Translations under genes and position numbers: made by a program
Shown here: one piece after another, positions 1 to 12,976 of the stretch
Layout: each line of letters opens with the position of its first letter
Position numbering within the stretch: position 1 is the stretch's first letter
Notes under the pieces: model-generated
Told to the model about the DNA's origin: nothing
Database searches by the model: none
The model's input: the letters and a program-made list of their open reading frames with translations, nothing else
Source: Puccinia triticina
Lineage: Eukaryota
Direction of reading: 5' to 3'
Length of the DNA stretch: 64,000 bases
Assembly: GCA_026914245.1 (NCBI GenBank)
Contig: CP110439.1
Location: forward strand, 1,426,001 to 1,490,000

Positions 1-163
1 AGGGCACTCTACCGGACAATGCCCAGAATTCATTAAAGACAAGAGTCAAGGATTGGTGAAGAGAGAGGGGAAAGAGTGGTACTTACCGAATTGACCACAC
101 ATTCCTTGGAACCCATCTCGGCCAATCCGTTCAGTAGTAGCAAGTGCTTCGGCAGATCCCGCC

Positions 164-1222
164 ATGCAAGATGCAATTAGAAACTTAGCTGAATCAAGAC
201 AAAATAACGGGAGCACTCCCATGATGCAAAGCTCAGCTCAGACTGTCGAATGGGAACCACCTCAACTTGGTGCAGAAAACTATCTGAGAACTCATGCAAT
301 TACAAGATCTGAAGCTCAGAAAGGTCGACGTAGCGTGAGGATCCAAGAACCAGAAAAAGATGGCATGGACATTGATGCGGAGGACGAATTAGCAGAAATT
401 CAACAGGAAAATCCTAGAAAGGCACCAGAGAAAATATGGAGTCGAGAAAGTGCACCTATCAGTATCAAAAAAAATTCTCCGGAGGAATCACTACTACAAG
501 ATTTAGACCGAGTAAAAATTCCGACAACTTTTGCCCAGCTTACGGCTATTTCACCATTATACACAGAACAAGTCATTGCCAAACTTCAAGGACGCCTTCC
601 GGGTAAAAAAAGTGCTACCTATATTGCTACGGAATCCACCAAAGTTTCAGCTGCAATGACTACACCCCAGAAAGACGAAGATATCTCTGATCCGTGTTAT
701 TATAGTTGTGCTCTGGGATATGTAGCTGCCGAAGTGGGGGGAGCAAAAGTAGACTTCATGGTTGATTCCGGATCTATGGTAAATGTCATACCCCGATCAG
801 TTGCAGAAGACTTGGATTTGGAATTGTTTTCAGTAGACATACCCATGAAAGGAGTTGGCGGTGCTAGATGTGACATAAACGGTGTGGCGGAAAACTGCTT
901 GTTAGCAATTGGTCGATTCTCCGGACCTGCTCACCTATTTGTTTCACCTAAAGCACAAGAATGCATTCTTGGAAGACCATTTCTTTTTGACTATGAATGT
1001 ACGTTGGAATACCACGAGACCGGCGAGACACTCTCTTTCCAAGGATCAAAAGGCAGAAGAGTTTCTGTACCCTTGGCTAGAATTGGACAAGGGAAAGGCT
1101 GGAATAATCGGAAGGATCTGAGCACAAACATACTTATGCCAGCCACTGAACACGGGTCTACAGGAGAAGATGGTCAAGAACGTCGGATGTTTTCAAAGAA
1201 ACCTACTCAATCTTTTTTATAA
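164..1222 (+). CDS. Gag C-terminus plus retroviral-type aspartic protease (partial; in-frame TGA at 92-94)
   Basis: MVDSGSMVNVI active-site motif and ILGRPFL flap-end motif; homologous to ORF 22675-25119. Confidence 0.9.
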   Translation: MQDAIRNLAESRQNNGSTPMMQSSAQTVEWEPPQLGAENYLRTHAITRSEAQKGRRSVRIQEPEKDGMDIDAEDELAEIQQENPRKAPEKIWSRESAPISIKKNSPEESLLQDLDRVKIPTTFAQLTAISPLYTEQVIAKLQGRLPGKKSATYIATESTKVSAAMTTPQKDEDISDPCYYSCALGYVAAEVGGAKVDFMVDSGSMVNVIPRSVAEDLDLELFSVDIPMKGVGGARCDINGVAENCLLAIGRFSGPAHLFVSPKAQECILGRPFLFDYECTLEYHETGETLSFQGSKGRRVSVPLARIGQGKGWNNRKDLSTNILMPATEHGSTGEDGQERRMFSKKPTQSFL

Positions 1223-1288
1223 CCACCGGTGTTCACTTAGGGAATAGCTTGCTACAGCTGGTCGAGCAGGCTATGTCTCGAACACTGG
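1213..1288 (+). promoter_or_regulatory. Putative -1 programmed ribosomal frameshift signal
   Basis: T TTT TTA immediately before the gag stop. The -1 frame is open into pol. Downstream stems CCGGTGTTC/GAACACTGG and ATAGCTTGCT/AGCAGGCTAT. Confidence 0.8.
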
Positions 1289-4200
1289 GTTTTTTAGACT
1301 GGCTCAAAACATCCTTTCTGTACTTATTGGAGAAACTGAAAAAACAAACTATAAAATATTTCTCAAAGATTTTATCCATCAAACCGGGACTAGCAAGGAC
1401 CAATAGGACAGCTGAATCAACCACATTTCTCAAATGTATTCCGTCTATCAATAGTGTAAAATTATTAGCTTCACAACAACCTACCAACAATAGAGTTGGG
1501 AAGCTATTTGAAAAGGGTTTGGGCTTGGCATTTCAAGCAAAGTTATGTCAGAGTTGGAAGGATGGAAGCCTATGGTGTATGACCAAATACAAACCAGTAG
1601 CAAAGAAAATACAACCCATTAATGAACCTATTCCGCAAATGCTAAACCCGCCTCTTCAACGACCACCACTTTCACGAAATCCTTATGAAACACCACTCAC
1701 ACCTAATCCTCCGGAATTTGAGCCAACCGCCAGGATAACGGAGGAACGTCTGAAGGTAGTCAACTTTGGACCGGACAGATGGCTTTGGGAAGAAGAATTG
1801 AAACTCTTCAAGCACCTAATCATAATCCGAGAGAAGGCTATAGCATTCACCCCAGAAGAGAGAGGACTTTTGAAGCATTCCTATGGTTTGCCTTATATTA
1901 TACCAGTAGTGGATCACCAACCTTGGCAGAAGAAGCCAATTCCAATACCTGCAGCAATTAAGGATGAATACGTGGAACAAGTACGGGAACGTATACGAAA
2001 CAAACTTTACGAACAATCAACATCCAGCTATTCTAGTCCAGTTTTCTGTGTCCTAAAGCATGATGGAAAACTAAGAATAGTTCACGGCTTACAAGAAATG
2101 AACAAGGTTACCATCAAGGATGCTGGGCTACCTCCTGCGACAGAAGAATTTGTGGAATCCTTTGCGGGGCGCGCTTGTTACGGACTAGGCAATATCATGG
2201 GCGGCTACGACGAACGAGAATTAGCTCCAGAATCAAGACCTCTGACCACCTTTGATACACCACTAGGAAGATTTCAACTTACAAGACTTCCCCAGCGAGC
2301 TACAAACTCTGTGGCTGTTTACCAAGCTCAGATGATGTGGATCCTTCAGGATGAAATACCGGAACATGTAGGCGTATTTATTGATGATGGCGGAATCAAA
2401 GGACCGGTTTCAACATACAACAATGAAGTGTTAGAAGGAAATCCCGGAATACGGCGGTTTATTTGGGAATACGCTCAAACTCTGGAAAGAGTTTTATTTC
2501 GGATTGAAGAAGCTGGACTTACCATCTCCGGAAAAAAGTTTGCGTGCTGTGTACCAGCTCTGGACATTGTCGGGCACGTAGTCTGCAGAGAAGGACGAAG
2601 GGTATCATCTCAGAAGAAAAACAAAATCTCAACTTGGCCTACTCCAAACAATGTCACTGAACTCCGAGGTTTTATGGGAATAGTGACCTATGTCAGAATT
2701 TTCATAAAGAATCTGTCAGAAATTGCTGCGCCTCTCAGAAAACTCACACAAAAGGATACCAAGTGGGCCTGGGACAAGGACTGTGATCAAGCATTCAACC
2801 GCCTTAAAGAGATTATTGGAGAAGACATTACTCTAAAAAACCTTGACTACTCTAAAGGTTCCGGACTGATCATCTTAGCCGTGGATTCAAGCTTCATTGC
2901 GGCTGGAGGAGTACTTTCTCAGCAAGAACTGGAGACAGGACTTATTTGACCAGTGCTTTACGAGTCAGCTGTCTTCTCACCAGTGGAATCAAAATATTCC
3001 CAGCCAAAGTTAGAGCTCTGTGGCGTAGCCAGGATCCTCAAGAAATTACAGACACTTCTTTGGGGTCAACACTTTGAGTTACAAGTGGACGCTCAATCCC
3101 TAATCCAAATGATCAACTCTCCTTCGCTTCCCAATGCACCTATGACCAGATGGGTGGCTTTCATTCAGCTATTCTCATTTGATATGGTACATAAGCCAGG
3201 AAAGACATTTACTTTACCAGATGCCTTGTCAAGACGGCCAATAAGCGATGACGAGGACGAGTTTTATAACGATTCAGACGACTTTGATGAAGAGGAACCA
3301 CTGATTAAAGTCTGCTCCCAATTTAGAACATTCTCAATGTCCACAAGTATTCTGGAATGGGAATCACCTGGATTTTGGAAAGATCTCAAGGACTATTTAC
3401 AAACCCTGCGTAAACCACAAGGATTGGATCCTGAAGAATTTCAGAAACTCAAACAAAAATCAGCAAATTATTTCATTCAGGATGGACGACTGATGCGCCG
3501 GCACTCTCCAATGGCGCAACTAGTAATCTCTAACATCTCGTACCAAAGTAAACTCTTACGGAAGGTTCACGAGGAACTCGGTCATCGAGGACTTGAAGAA
3601 ACATACCAACGCCTAGTCTGCCGATTTTGGTGGCCAAGTCTGAAGAAAAAGGTTCGCTTATGGGTACAAAGCTGTGAACCATATCAAAAAAGGGACCCAC
3701 TAGTACCTAGGGAAATTCGAAACCCAACAGGCAAAAACACTTTATTTGGACGAGTAGCGTTGGACGTCTGTCACATCAAGGCTGGGAGATATAAATATTT
3801 ACTTGTGGCTCGAGATGACTTATCAGGATGGGTAGAGGCAGCTCCTTTGGTCAAACTCACAGCGGCAACGATTGGAAAATTTCTCTTGGAAGAATGGGTT
3901 TATCGGTACGGGGTAATCAAGACGGTTACAGCAGACAATGGACCCGAATTCAAAAATTAATTTATCAAAGCTGTGGAAAAGATTGGTGCAACTTTCAAAC
4001 CACCTACACCTTATTACCCAGAGGCCAACGGCATGATAGAAAGAGGACACAGGCCAATTAAAGACACATTAAGCAAGATGTGCGGCGAGTCTGGAGGAAA
4101 ATGGAGAGAATATCTACCTCTAGTGCTTTTTTCAGACAGAATTTCGACAAAACGTACAACAGGTTACTCACCATTTGAACTGGTTTTTGGACAAAAGGCG

Positions 4201-4776
4201 GTGCTACCTGTGGATCTAGAAATGGACACCTATCTAGGAATTGATTGGATGGAAATCAAAACTACAGAACAGCTCTTAGAAGCGCAAACAAAGCAATTGG
4301 AAAGGAGGGATGAAATTCTGGAAATAGCTCACGGGAAACTAATGAAAGCTAGAGAATCTTCTGTTTGGTACTGGGACCAAAAAATGGCGGCAAGACTCCG
4401 AAACGCTCTTGAACCTGGCGAACTAGTTTTAATTTACAATAAAAGCTTGGAGGACCAATGGGGAAAGCTTTTTCTTAATCGATGGAATGGTCCTTTTAGA
4501 ATCACTAAACAATTACCAAAGGGGTCTTATATCTTGGAGGAATTGGATGGGGTGGAACTTAAAAGGGCTTACGCAGCTTCTCATATAAAACGCTTTTACC
4601 CACGTGGACGTAAACTTGAAGAGATTCAACAAGATGAGGATCCAGATCAACCTGATTCTTCAGAAGAGGAGGACGGCAAAGGTGAAAACTCACATGAAGA
4701 TTCTGATGATGAGCTAGACAACAATCTGAATTCAAGCCCATCTCCAAGTTGGGGGAGAAAACAACAATCTATTTGA
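1219..4776 (+). pseudogene. pol (RT-RNase H-integrase) with in-frame stops at 2947-2949 and 3958-3960
   Basis: RT FIDD motif; RNase H VDSS/KLELCG; integrase HHCC-like HEELGH, TADNGPEF, NGMIER, W-GPF. Three consecutive same-frame ORFs. Confidence 0.93.
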
Positions 4777-5224
4777 GAACATTTGGGCATTCTCCACAAC
4801 AAAAGTATTATGTTTACATTCAAAAAAAAAAAAAAAAAAAGAAACCCTCTTTGGATTATCCTTGAACAACACATTTTCTTTATTTTGAAGTCATAGAGAA
4901 CACTAAAACTCACTTCTCACACAAGGTTGAGGACAACCTGTTTAAGTTGGGGGAGGGGTGTTTGTGTATGTATTTCAGACCAATAATAAGAATAAGATAA
5001 AAAGAGACTAGCCTACTGTACAAGAGATAAAAAGAAAAAGAATAATACATTTTTTTTAGTTTTAGCACATATGAATTTTCTTTTTTTTTTTTTGTTATCT
5101 ATCGATTTTTTTGATTTTACAACAATTTTACCCCTGGAAACAAGCAGCATAGGCGACTAAAAGAAAAAGCAAAACAAAAATAATTAGTATAAAAATAATA
5201 AAAATAGAAGAAAGATAGAAACTC

Positions 5225-7450
5225 ACTTTTGGTCAATTGGCTTGACAAACAAGATGGTCGGTTGTCAGATATCAATGGGCCCAGGCCTGAAAAAGGTCGA
5301 TGCGTTCCACGTGGTCGAATCCATTTGGAGAAGGGTTGCGGTTAGAAAATGCAACAAAGTCCTCAACCATTCCGACATAGAAATGGAAAAGGACAGCTGG
5401 TTCAACAGTGGCGGGAGTCGTTGGGACAATACCGTGTCGGCGAGTAAGAAGCGCTTCGATTTGGTGAGGGCGAAGGAAGGGAAATTCGGTTATACCATAA
5501 TCACCACGAACAGACGGCGAAGGGATGCGCGGAAAGCTCTCATTAGGACCATTATTGTGATCGGAAAGTTCATCCACCTCAGAATTGGGCTGGATAGGAT
5601 TGTTCTCTGGGGCAGTCTGCTCATCCACCTCCATATGCAGTTGGGAATCGGGTTGCAATGGGCGGCCACGAGGACGAGTTGTCCAGGCGGGTAATGGCAT
5701 CCAGGAGTCATCAAGAGCAACCCGGTTGGATGATACGGCCTAAATACACATGTGCAAATTCAACCAAGCATCAGTACAGCTCTTCGCTGAGAAAAGAATC
5801 AGAAGAGTAACTTACCGGTGCTGGGGAACTTTCCGGGGCTCTTGGATGAAAAACCGGAGAGTCGGGGTTAGGCAAGCGATCTGGGGTTCGGGGGCAGTAG
5901 ATGGGCGACCCAGCAATAGGATCAATACCCTCAGACGGGCCAGAAGTCAGATAAGGAGTTGGAGTTCTGAATCAAGGGTGAAGCCCAACCAAACTTGGAG
6001 GAATCGCTGGGGCTGCAACCTCAGCTGCAGAAGACGTCGAGCCAAGCGGAGTTTGGTCGATCGGCGGGGCCAGTTCACTGTTATTAGAACCCAAGAACTA
6101 TACAAGACAAGGTCAGCTGGCAGGATGGCAAAGAAGACAAGGAAAGACCTTACCGTCTCTAAAGTTTGGATCGTTGCATCACCAACAATGAATGGTCGAA
6201 GAGCCACGGGGGACTCAAGGCAGATGTCAGACATCATCAGCGAGTTTGAGAGATATTCACGCTGGTCCTGGGTCCAGTTCAAGTGATCACGTGACGAATG
6301 GGTTGGCGGCTCAGCAGACGCATCATTACGAGGCGTCTAGGAAATACAATGATCAGTTTCCTTTAAATGATAAACATCCACAATACAGAAAACAAAACAT
6401 ACCTTGGGGAAAGGCTGCCCAAGAGGGTGGTGGTTTAAGAGGTTTTGATCAAAACCCATCACATCAAGGACCGAGGAATTGGTCTATAAAGCAGCAAGAC
6501 CATTAGGAGGTATTAAATCTGGGCTACAGAGAAAGGAACGTACCTGTTTTGCAACAGAACTCACACGAGGGCGTAAATGATAGGGATGCGAAGGTTGGCT
6601 AGAGGAGGAAGTCATAACAGGGTCGATGGGGATTGAAGGAACTAATGCAAAAGGGTGGCTGGACGCTGAGGAGATGATGGGGAGGAAACCTGAATCGATG
6701 GAGAGAAGGCTTGTTTTATACCCTTCAGAGAAGCTATCAGCTTTGCCCGTATGGCCGGACATCACCAGGAATCAGGATTCGAGTAGACGACTTACCTGGC
6801 TGCCCGGCAACAACAAAGGCTTGAGGGCCCTGCCTCATTATTCGGACCCTTTGATCACGGCTCGGCGGGCTATGGCCGAGGTAATATAGCCAAACGCACC
6901 CGCCATGAAGCCGCGCATGACCCGGACGGCCCAACCTGAGCATGACGAACTGAGTAAAGGATGAAAGGGCTTCAGCTGGAAGACAATGCAGCTGAAGCAA
7001 TATAAAACTTAATATAAACAAACAACATTACATACCTTATGGGCTCAGCTTTGGCTGTTCAGAAGAACGAAGCGGGGATCGAATTCCTGCAGCTCAAGGC
7101 CGCAGAAGCAAACTTGAGTTCAATCCTGAAGGCTGGTGATGGCGGCTCGAGGCGGCGAATTCGGTGGATTGGCTCTGAGGCACTGCGGGCGCCTCAAAGG
7201 AATCCACCCCCTGGAGATGGTAGAGGTGGTCCGTTAAGTCGTCTATGTAGTTAGGATCGAGGTGTTGGTGGAGGTTGGTTGGATCAAGAAGTCAGCGGAA
7301 GGTCGCAAGGTTTGGTCTCCTGCAGCTCAAGGCCGCAGCAGCCAGCTTGAATTCGATCCTGTGGCTAGCGGTGGTGGAGGCGAAGAAGAAGCGTGGTCAA
7401 TGAAGCTTCGAGTATTCTCTCTGAATCTGGGAACCCCACTGCGAAGAGGG
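5225..7450 (-). CDS. Putative spliced antisense accessory gene inside Gypsy 1 (boundaries approximate, function unknown)
   Basis: Minus-strand donor-like sites GTATGT/GTAAGT/GTGAGT near 7035, 6402, 5815 and 5226, separated by Pro/Ser-rich coding-like sequence (e.g. ORF 5272-5700). Confidence 0.45.
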
Positions 7451-8197
7451 TTGCGACAGACTCTGAGAGAATACTCTCAACTATGTGTTGGAAGGATCAC
7501 CTACTATGTACATATCAGCTGTGGTCCGAGTCAGACATTGGTTATGGTCCGAGCCAAACACGATTGGCCGGCATTGCAGACAGGGGGATCAGAGAGACTG
7601 GTCGGGTAGCGCGCGCCCCCGATCAATACTCGAAACCAGGAGGTACAGGCATGTCACACGCACGAGCGCAGCGCAGCGCTCAGTGCGAGAAAACTTCTGA
7701 CCCCAAACTCGGACGAGTCACACGGGTATTGGAACCCCGATCACTACTTGGCAACAGAACGGGCGGTCCCAATCAACGCAGAGCACCCGGGCCCAGGGCC
7801 CGTTTACTTGGATCATGAGGAACAGAGTACGGGTCCCCGATCAATACTTGTTGACCCAGGCTCGCGGCTTCAAGCGCGCGCACTCTGGAGTTCTAGCGCG
7901 GCGACTACAGCGGCAACGCGAAGTCACATGCTGCGGAACTGCGCAGCTGCGGACTGCGTGCAGCACCTTGACTCCCAGAGATGAAAAATTTTCTGGCTCA
8001 CAAATCAATTCAAAAATCATGAAATCCAATTTTTGCGCAAAACTTCACTCCATGATACCCCAGCAATGTCTAAAACAGCCAATATTGAAGAATTCTGGAA
8101 TGACAGCTGTGCAACTCAACTTTCAAGCTTTCAAACTCAAAATGCGGCACTTTTTCACGGCAAATTGTCTGGGGACAGACAATAAGTTGGGGGAGGA

Positions 8198-8997
8198 TGT
8201 GGTATACAAAATGGGAAAAATCAAAAGTTTTCTCTCACTAGTATATTTCACCCATAGAAGGCCTCAAGATACAACCAAACAGGCCCCGTAATCAGATTCT
8301 ACAGCCAAATTAACCCCTAGTCACCGCTGAAAGTGTAACTGGAGCTCCACTGCACTGGAAGTTAGACCCTCCGGAACACCTGTAGCACCCTGTCATTCCC
8401 CAATATACACATACATTTCCCTACTCCATGGTATCTCCACTGCATATATTAGTTTGCCTTTGTTTGCTATCTGCATTACATCATTCAGCACTGCCCCTGT
8501 AGTCTGTGCCATTGTTCTCCACAGTCTAGAACTTTCACCTCCACTTTTGTTTGGTTTTGTTGCATCACATGCCATTGTTCCCTGCATCATGCATGCACTC
8601 CTTGCATAAATTGTACACAGCCCAAGCCAGCAAAAATCCCTCACTGGGGCTGCCCTGGAGCTAAAATCCCTCACATTTGTCTATATAAGGAGCTCTCTCC
8701 CCCCCCCAATTTAGTTCCTCAGTTTATTACTGATCAGTGATTCACTCACCACCTTGTACTCTCAACACTTACAACTTACAACTATACTCATAACAACCCT
8801 TATATATCAATAACAACTCTTTATACGGTGTCTCAAACAAACTCATCTTGAGCATCCACTCCTATCACCTAATTAAAACTTACCAAGCTGAGCTTGGTGA
8901 GTCTTGTAGCTGGTAGTATAGAAGGGCAGAGCTTGCAACTCCTTCATCCCCTTCTCCATTCAGCAAAAGGGTTTCAAAACCACTTTTGAGTCTTACA
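8198..8997 (+). repeat. 3' LTR of Gypsy 1
   Basis: TG...CA directly after the PPT; TATA box (TATATAAG ~8682); similar to 9814-11001 and 32655-33590. Confidence 0.9.
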
Positions 8998-9696
8998 GCG
9001 GGATCGTTGTTTGACCTTTGTTCCACTTATGCCCTCAGGTGTTCCAGCTTCCAACCGTTCAGCTTCACATTCTTCTGGTTCAGGTTTTTTCACTTCAGTT
9101 TGTTTGGCCGGCATATATGTTGCTGCCTTCTTTGCTTTCTCCGCTTCCTCACATTCTTGCCAATACCCTTGCCAGTAGGCCCTTGAACGTGCCTCTATCC
9201 AATTCCAGTCATTGTTGTTCAAAGCAGCCGGCTGAAAGGTGACAGAGGTACACGGTGCTGAGATCTTCTTTGGCCTGCCACGCTTGGCAGGTTGAATTCC
9301 CTCCACGCTTGGGGTTGAATCTGACCTCAAGGCAACAGCAAAATCCAGAGCCCAATCCTCTGTGGCTTGAGACATTTTCTGTTTCTTCGGAAGCAGCTTC
9401 AAAGTCGCCTCCAAGGCCGCAGTCTTTGCCAGCCTCTTTGAGGCTTGAGACACCTCCTTCCCCGTTGGACGGACAGGTTTGAATCTTGCCTTGACAGTCG
9501 GAAACATTGCAGGTAAATCATCCGCCATAGGGTTGAGATTGTTCAGGGCACGGCCACTTGGCAGCGCATCCAAAAGGTATTCATCCATCATTTGCTTTTG
9601 CTTCTTCTGGGACCTCTTTGCTTTCCAAGTAGTTGTGTTTGGGGCCAGAAATCCTGCCTCCACCAGGACAGTCGTTGCACACTTGTTCTTGACCAT
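8998..9696 (-). pseudogene. Lys/Ala-rich ORF remnant, possibly the 3' part of the interrupted MULE-associated gene
   Basis: 240-aa ORF cut by the LTR junction at 8997; same strand as the MULE fragments; no recognisable domain. Confidence 0.3.
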
Positions 9697-9813
9697 TCAA
9701 ATCTTGATCTTCAAGCCAGTTGGTTGAGAGGTTGGTGCTTTCTCCTCTCCCTCAGATCCTACATTTAAGAAAACATTGGACAACTTCAGTAAGAAAAAAA
9801 AAGGTGCTTGCGT

Positions 9814-11001
9814 TGTGGTAGACGGAAAAGTGAAAAATCAAAAGTTTTTTCTCATACATATATTTACTCACCCTAGGCCTCAAGATACCACCAGACGGAC
9901 CTCAAAAATGAATTTTACGGCCAATTTTACCCCTAGTCACCACTGGAAGCATCACTGGAACCCCACTGGATTGGAAGTTACACCCTCTTGGACCCTCATG
10001 GACACGGCCAGCCCCAGTCATTAACCTGTCACACCCCTCAAGTCACCTTTCCCAGGTATACGCATACTCAGCCCCAGCCAAACACATACTCTTTTCTATC
10101 TCTCTTATCTCCACTGCATATGCAGGGGACCAACCCCATTTCTTCTGTATTTGACATGTCCCCGCCTCATTTATGCACCCCTTGCAGCTGCATGCAGTCT
10201 TCTGACCCCATTTCTGCACTCCTTGCATTAGTCTGGAACCACTCATGCACCCCTTGCATGAGGTACCCCTGAATTTGACATTTCCCCGCTTTGTTTATGC
10301 GCTCCTTGCATTAGTATGACATCATCTTTCATTTCTCACCCCACTTTTTGCCTGTATTTAGTATCTTCTGACACCACTTGTACGCAGCCCACCAGCTAAA
10401 ATCCCTCATCCAGGGTCCCCTTGTAGCTAAAATGTCTCACATTTGTCTATATAAGGAGCTCTCTCCCCCCCCCCAGTTGTTTTTCCTCAGTTCAGTACCC
10501 ACCAGTTATACAGATATCACCCATTAGCCATTATCATTACCCTTACACTTTTATAACATACCATATCATCCCTCTTATCTGCAATAACCACTGAGCTCAC
10601 CCTCATATTCTCATACTCTCATATCTCCTGGTTGCATATCACGCACCTGTCACGAGTTACTTGGTTCTTGGTTCAACTCCCGACTGAGACATATACCCTT
10701 CTCAGCCCAGAAACTCCTCTCAACTTCTTATATCACCCTCTTGAGGACCTGTGTTCAACCCCCACTGGAAACATCAAGTCAACTTTCACCCTTTCCGTCA
10801 TCATAAACCCTCTCAACTCTCACATACCTGTCATCGAACAACTTCATCTGGAACTAGACCAGACCTATCACTTGATTAAAACTTGCCAAGCTTAGCTTGG
10901 TGGGTCTTGTTATCTGATAGTATAGAAGGGCAGAGTTTGCACCTCCATCATCCCCTTCTCCATTCAGCAAAAGGGTTTCACAACCACTTTTGAGTCTTAC
11001 A
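9814..11001 (+). mobile_element. Solo LTR (Gypsy 1-related), 4-bp TSD GCGT
   Basis: gcgt|TGTGGTAGACGG...GAGTCTTACA|gcgt. Confidence 0.9.
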
Positions 11002-11089
11002 GCGTGCTGCAAAATCGCCTCACCAAGTTGAGCATCCCAACCATCCACTCGAGTGATGATTACAGCAGGGTTATCTGGATGGCCTGAAT

Positions 11090-11420
11090 TGATAAGCTGA
11101 GCAGAGGCTGAGACCAGCGGGCACGAGGCGGGTTGAGTGAGTGATGGTTGTGGAAGAATGATTTCATTTCACATCAGACTAGAGAGGCAGGGACAACAGA
11201 GAAAGAAAACAACAGAAAGAGAAAGAGCTACTATACCTGAGACCAGCGGGCACGAGGCGGGTTGAGTGAGCAATGGTTGTGGAAGGATGAGGAAAAGATC
11301 CTTCCACGCCCGCTGAGCTCAGGTATACTACATACATGTGAAATGATATGTGAAACCTGGATGAAATGTGTAAAGCATAGAAAAAGAGAGAAAACACAGA
11401 CTGATACCAATATCTCAACA
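11090..11420 (-). mobile_element. Solo LTR (Copia-like termini), 5-bp TSD TGAAT
   Basis: tgaat|TGATAAG...TCTCAACA|tgaat; internal ~48-bp direct repeat at 11108-11156 / 11238-11285. Confidence 0.8.
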
Positions 11421-12163
11421 TGAATCCCTGAAGTCATTCTGGGGAATTGGCATGGCCAAGCTGTATGCCGTCTGTATGACCAATTCCATACCAACAAAAG
11501 GGATTTGTGATTTGGATCGGACTTGTGATTTATCGCGCTTAAGGTTGTCAATTCCAAGATTGACAAACTTGGTTTCACCAGTAGTCCACCTCTGGGAATA
11601 AATCAACCAACTTTTGTGGGGCTGAGATCCCCCAATGCTACCCGGGACTCCATTGACCATTGTTGAAATTCCCTTGTTTGCCATGTCGTCATGCTTCCAT
11701 ACCTCTGTGATACCATTCACGTTCTGTAAAACCTTACCCCAATAATGTGATCTATTCCAAAAACCCCGCCAAATTAAAGTGTATGGTTTGCCCAATACCG
11801 TTAGCTTGAAAGGCCAGTTGATTTGGGCCAGAAAGGCTTGTTGATCCGGCTCTTCAACTTCGCAGAGATCAACATGGAAATGAAGGTGAACCGGGGCCTC
11901 ACCACGCTCAAATCCAAGCCTAGAAATCTTGGACAAAGGTGGGCATGGCTCGGTTGGGGTGATTTGTTTGCTGGATTTATTCTTGCGGTCCGTGGAGACT
12001 GTGGCGCCCGTGTTGTTCTTGTTATGCTGACACTGGAGACTTGAAGTCCCCCTGAGACCATTCGTCGTCCAAGTGAGAAGGAGCTCCGCCACGTTTGCAC
12101 AACTGATTTGATTTTCTAAAAACATCGAGCGCCAAATATTCACAACAATTGTCTCCCAGACGG

Positions 12164-12976
12164 TATGGAGCTTTTCTTGGTGCTAGGCCAGCAACAGCGC
12201 TGGGAGGGGAAAAGTGCCTGGTGAGCTGCCCTCGAAAATGGTCCGGAAAAGAGACAAGTTGATCAAAGCTGATAGCTGGGGAAGTTGTTTTGAAGTTTGG
12301 TGGAGAGTTGATCTTCGCCGGCGGTTTTTTTTTGTTGGAATGCCTTGGGAAAAGGGGATTGGGTGCTTGGTGCGCAGAATCAGGTAGTATTGGATTGATA
12401 AGAATCAATTGCTGATAGCCTCCGCCTTGGATCAGAAAAGAATGCTATGGCCTCCTATCCTCCAAGTTCTCCGGGAACTTGGATTCCTGGAGGCCTGTCA
12501 CAAACATATCATCATCTCCTCGCGCGCCGTGCGCGCGCACTACACAACTAAACTAACACAAAAAGACAAGAAAGAAAGAAAAGAAGGCAGAACAACACCA
12601 AAACAAAGCTCAGAAGAAAGAACAAACAATGAAACTGAAGAAGATCAGAGAGAAAGAAGAAAAGAAAAGAAGGAAAGAAGAAAAACAAGAAAGAAAGCCA
12701 CAATCTAAGAGATGAAGGAGGAAAGAGCAGGGGAAACAAGACCAGACAACAAACAAAAGAAAAGAAGAAATAAACCCACAGACAAAGCTGTGTTAGGACC
12801 AAGAAAGGGAAAAGATGAAAAAGGGGAAGGGATGGGAAGTGAGAATGAGAGGAGAGTGGAAGAAAAAGAGGGGAAAGATGATTTAAGAGGATCTTGTGGG
12901 TTGAATCTTGAAGTCTGGAAGTCATGCACCAGCTGCATTACTTGATCCTGAAACGCGCACCGGCTAGGCCACCACA
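12164..12976. mobile_element. Solo LTR related to 61813-62852; degenerate TSD ACGG/ACAG
   Basis: Ends GGCCACCACA like 62852 and shares AAATAAACCCACA..GCTGTGTTAGGACCAAGAAAG. Left terminus reads TATGG (probably mutated TGTGG). Confidence 0.65.

Larger units (their letters stand above)
1..8997 (+). mobile_element. Ty3/Gypsy LTR retrotransposon 1 (5' end outside window; decayed)
   Basis: Domain order gag-PR-RT-RH-IN. PPT AAGTTGGGGGAGGA ends at 8197, followed by LTR TGTGGTA...TCTTACA (8198-8997). Confidence 0.93.

Noticed and set aside
2947..3960. Programmed readthrough of the pol stops
   Set aside because: The homologous Gypsy 2 pol has sense codons at both positions, so decay is the simpler explanation.
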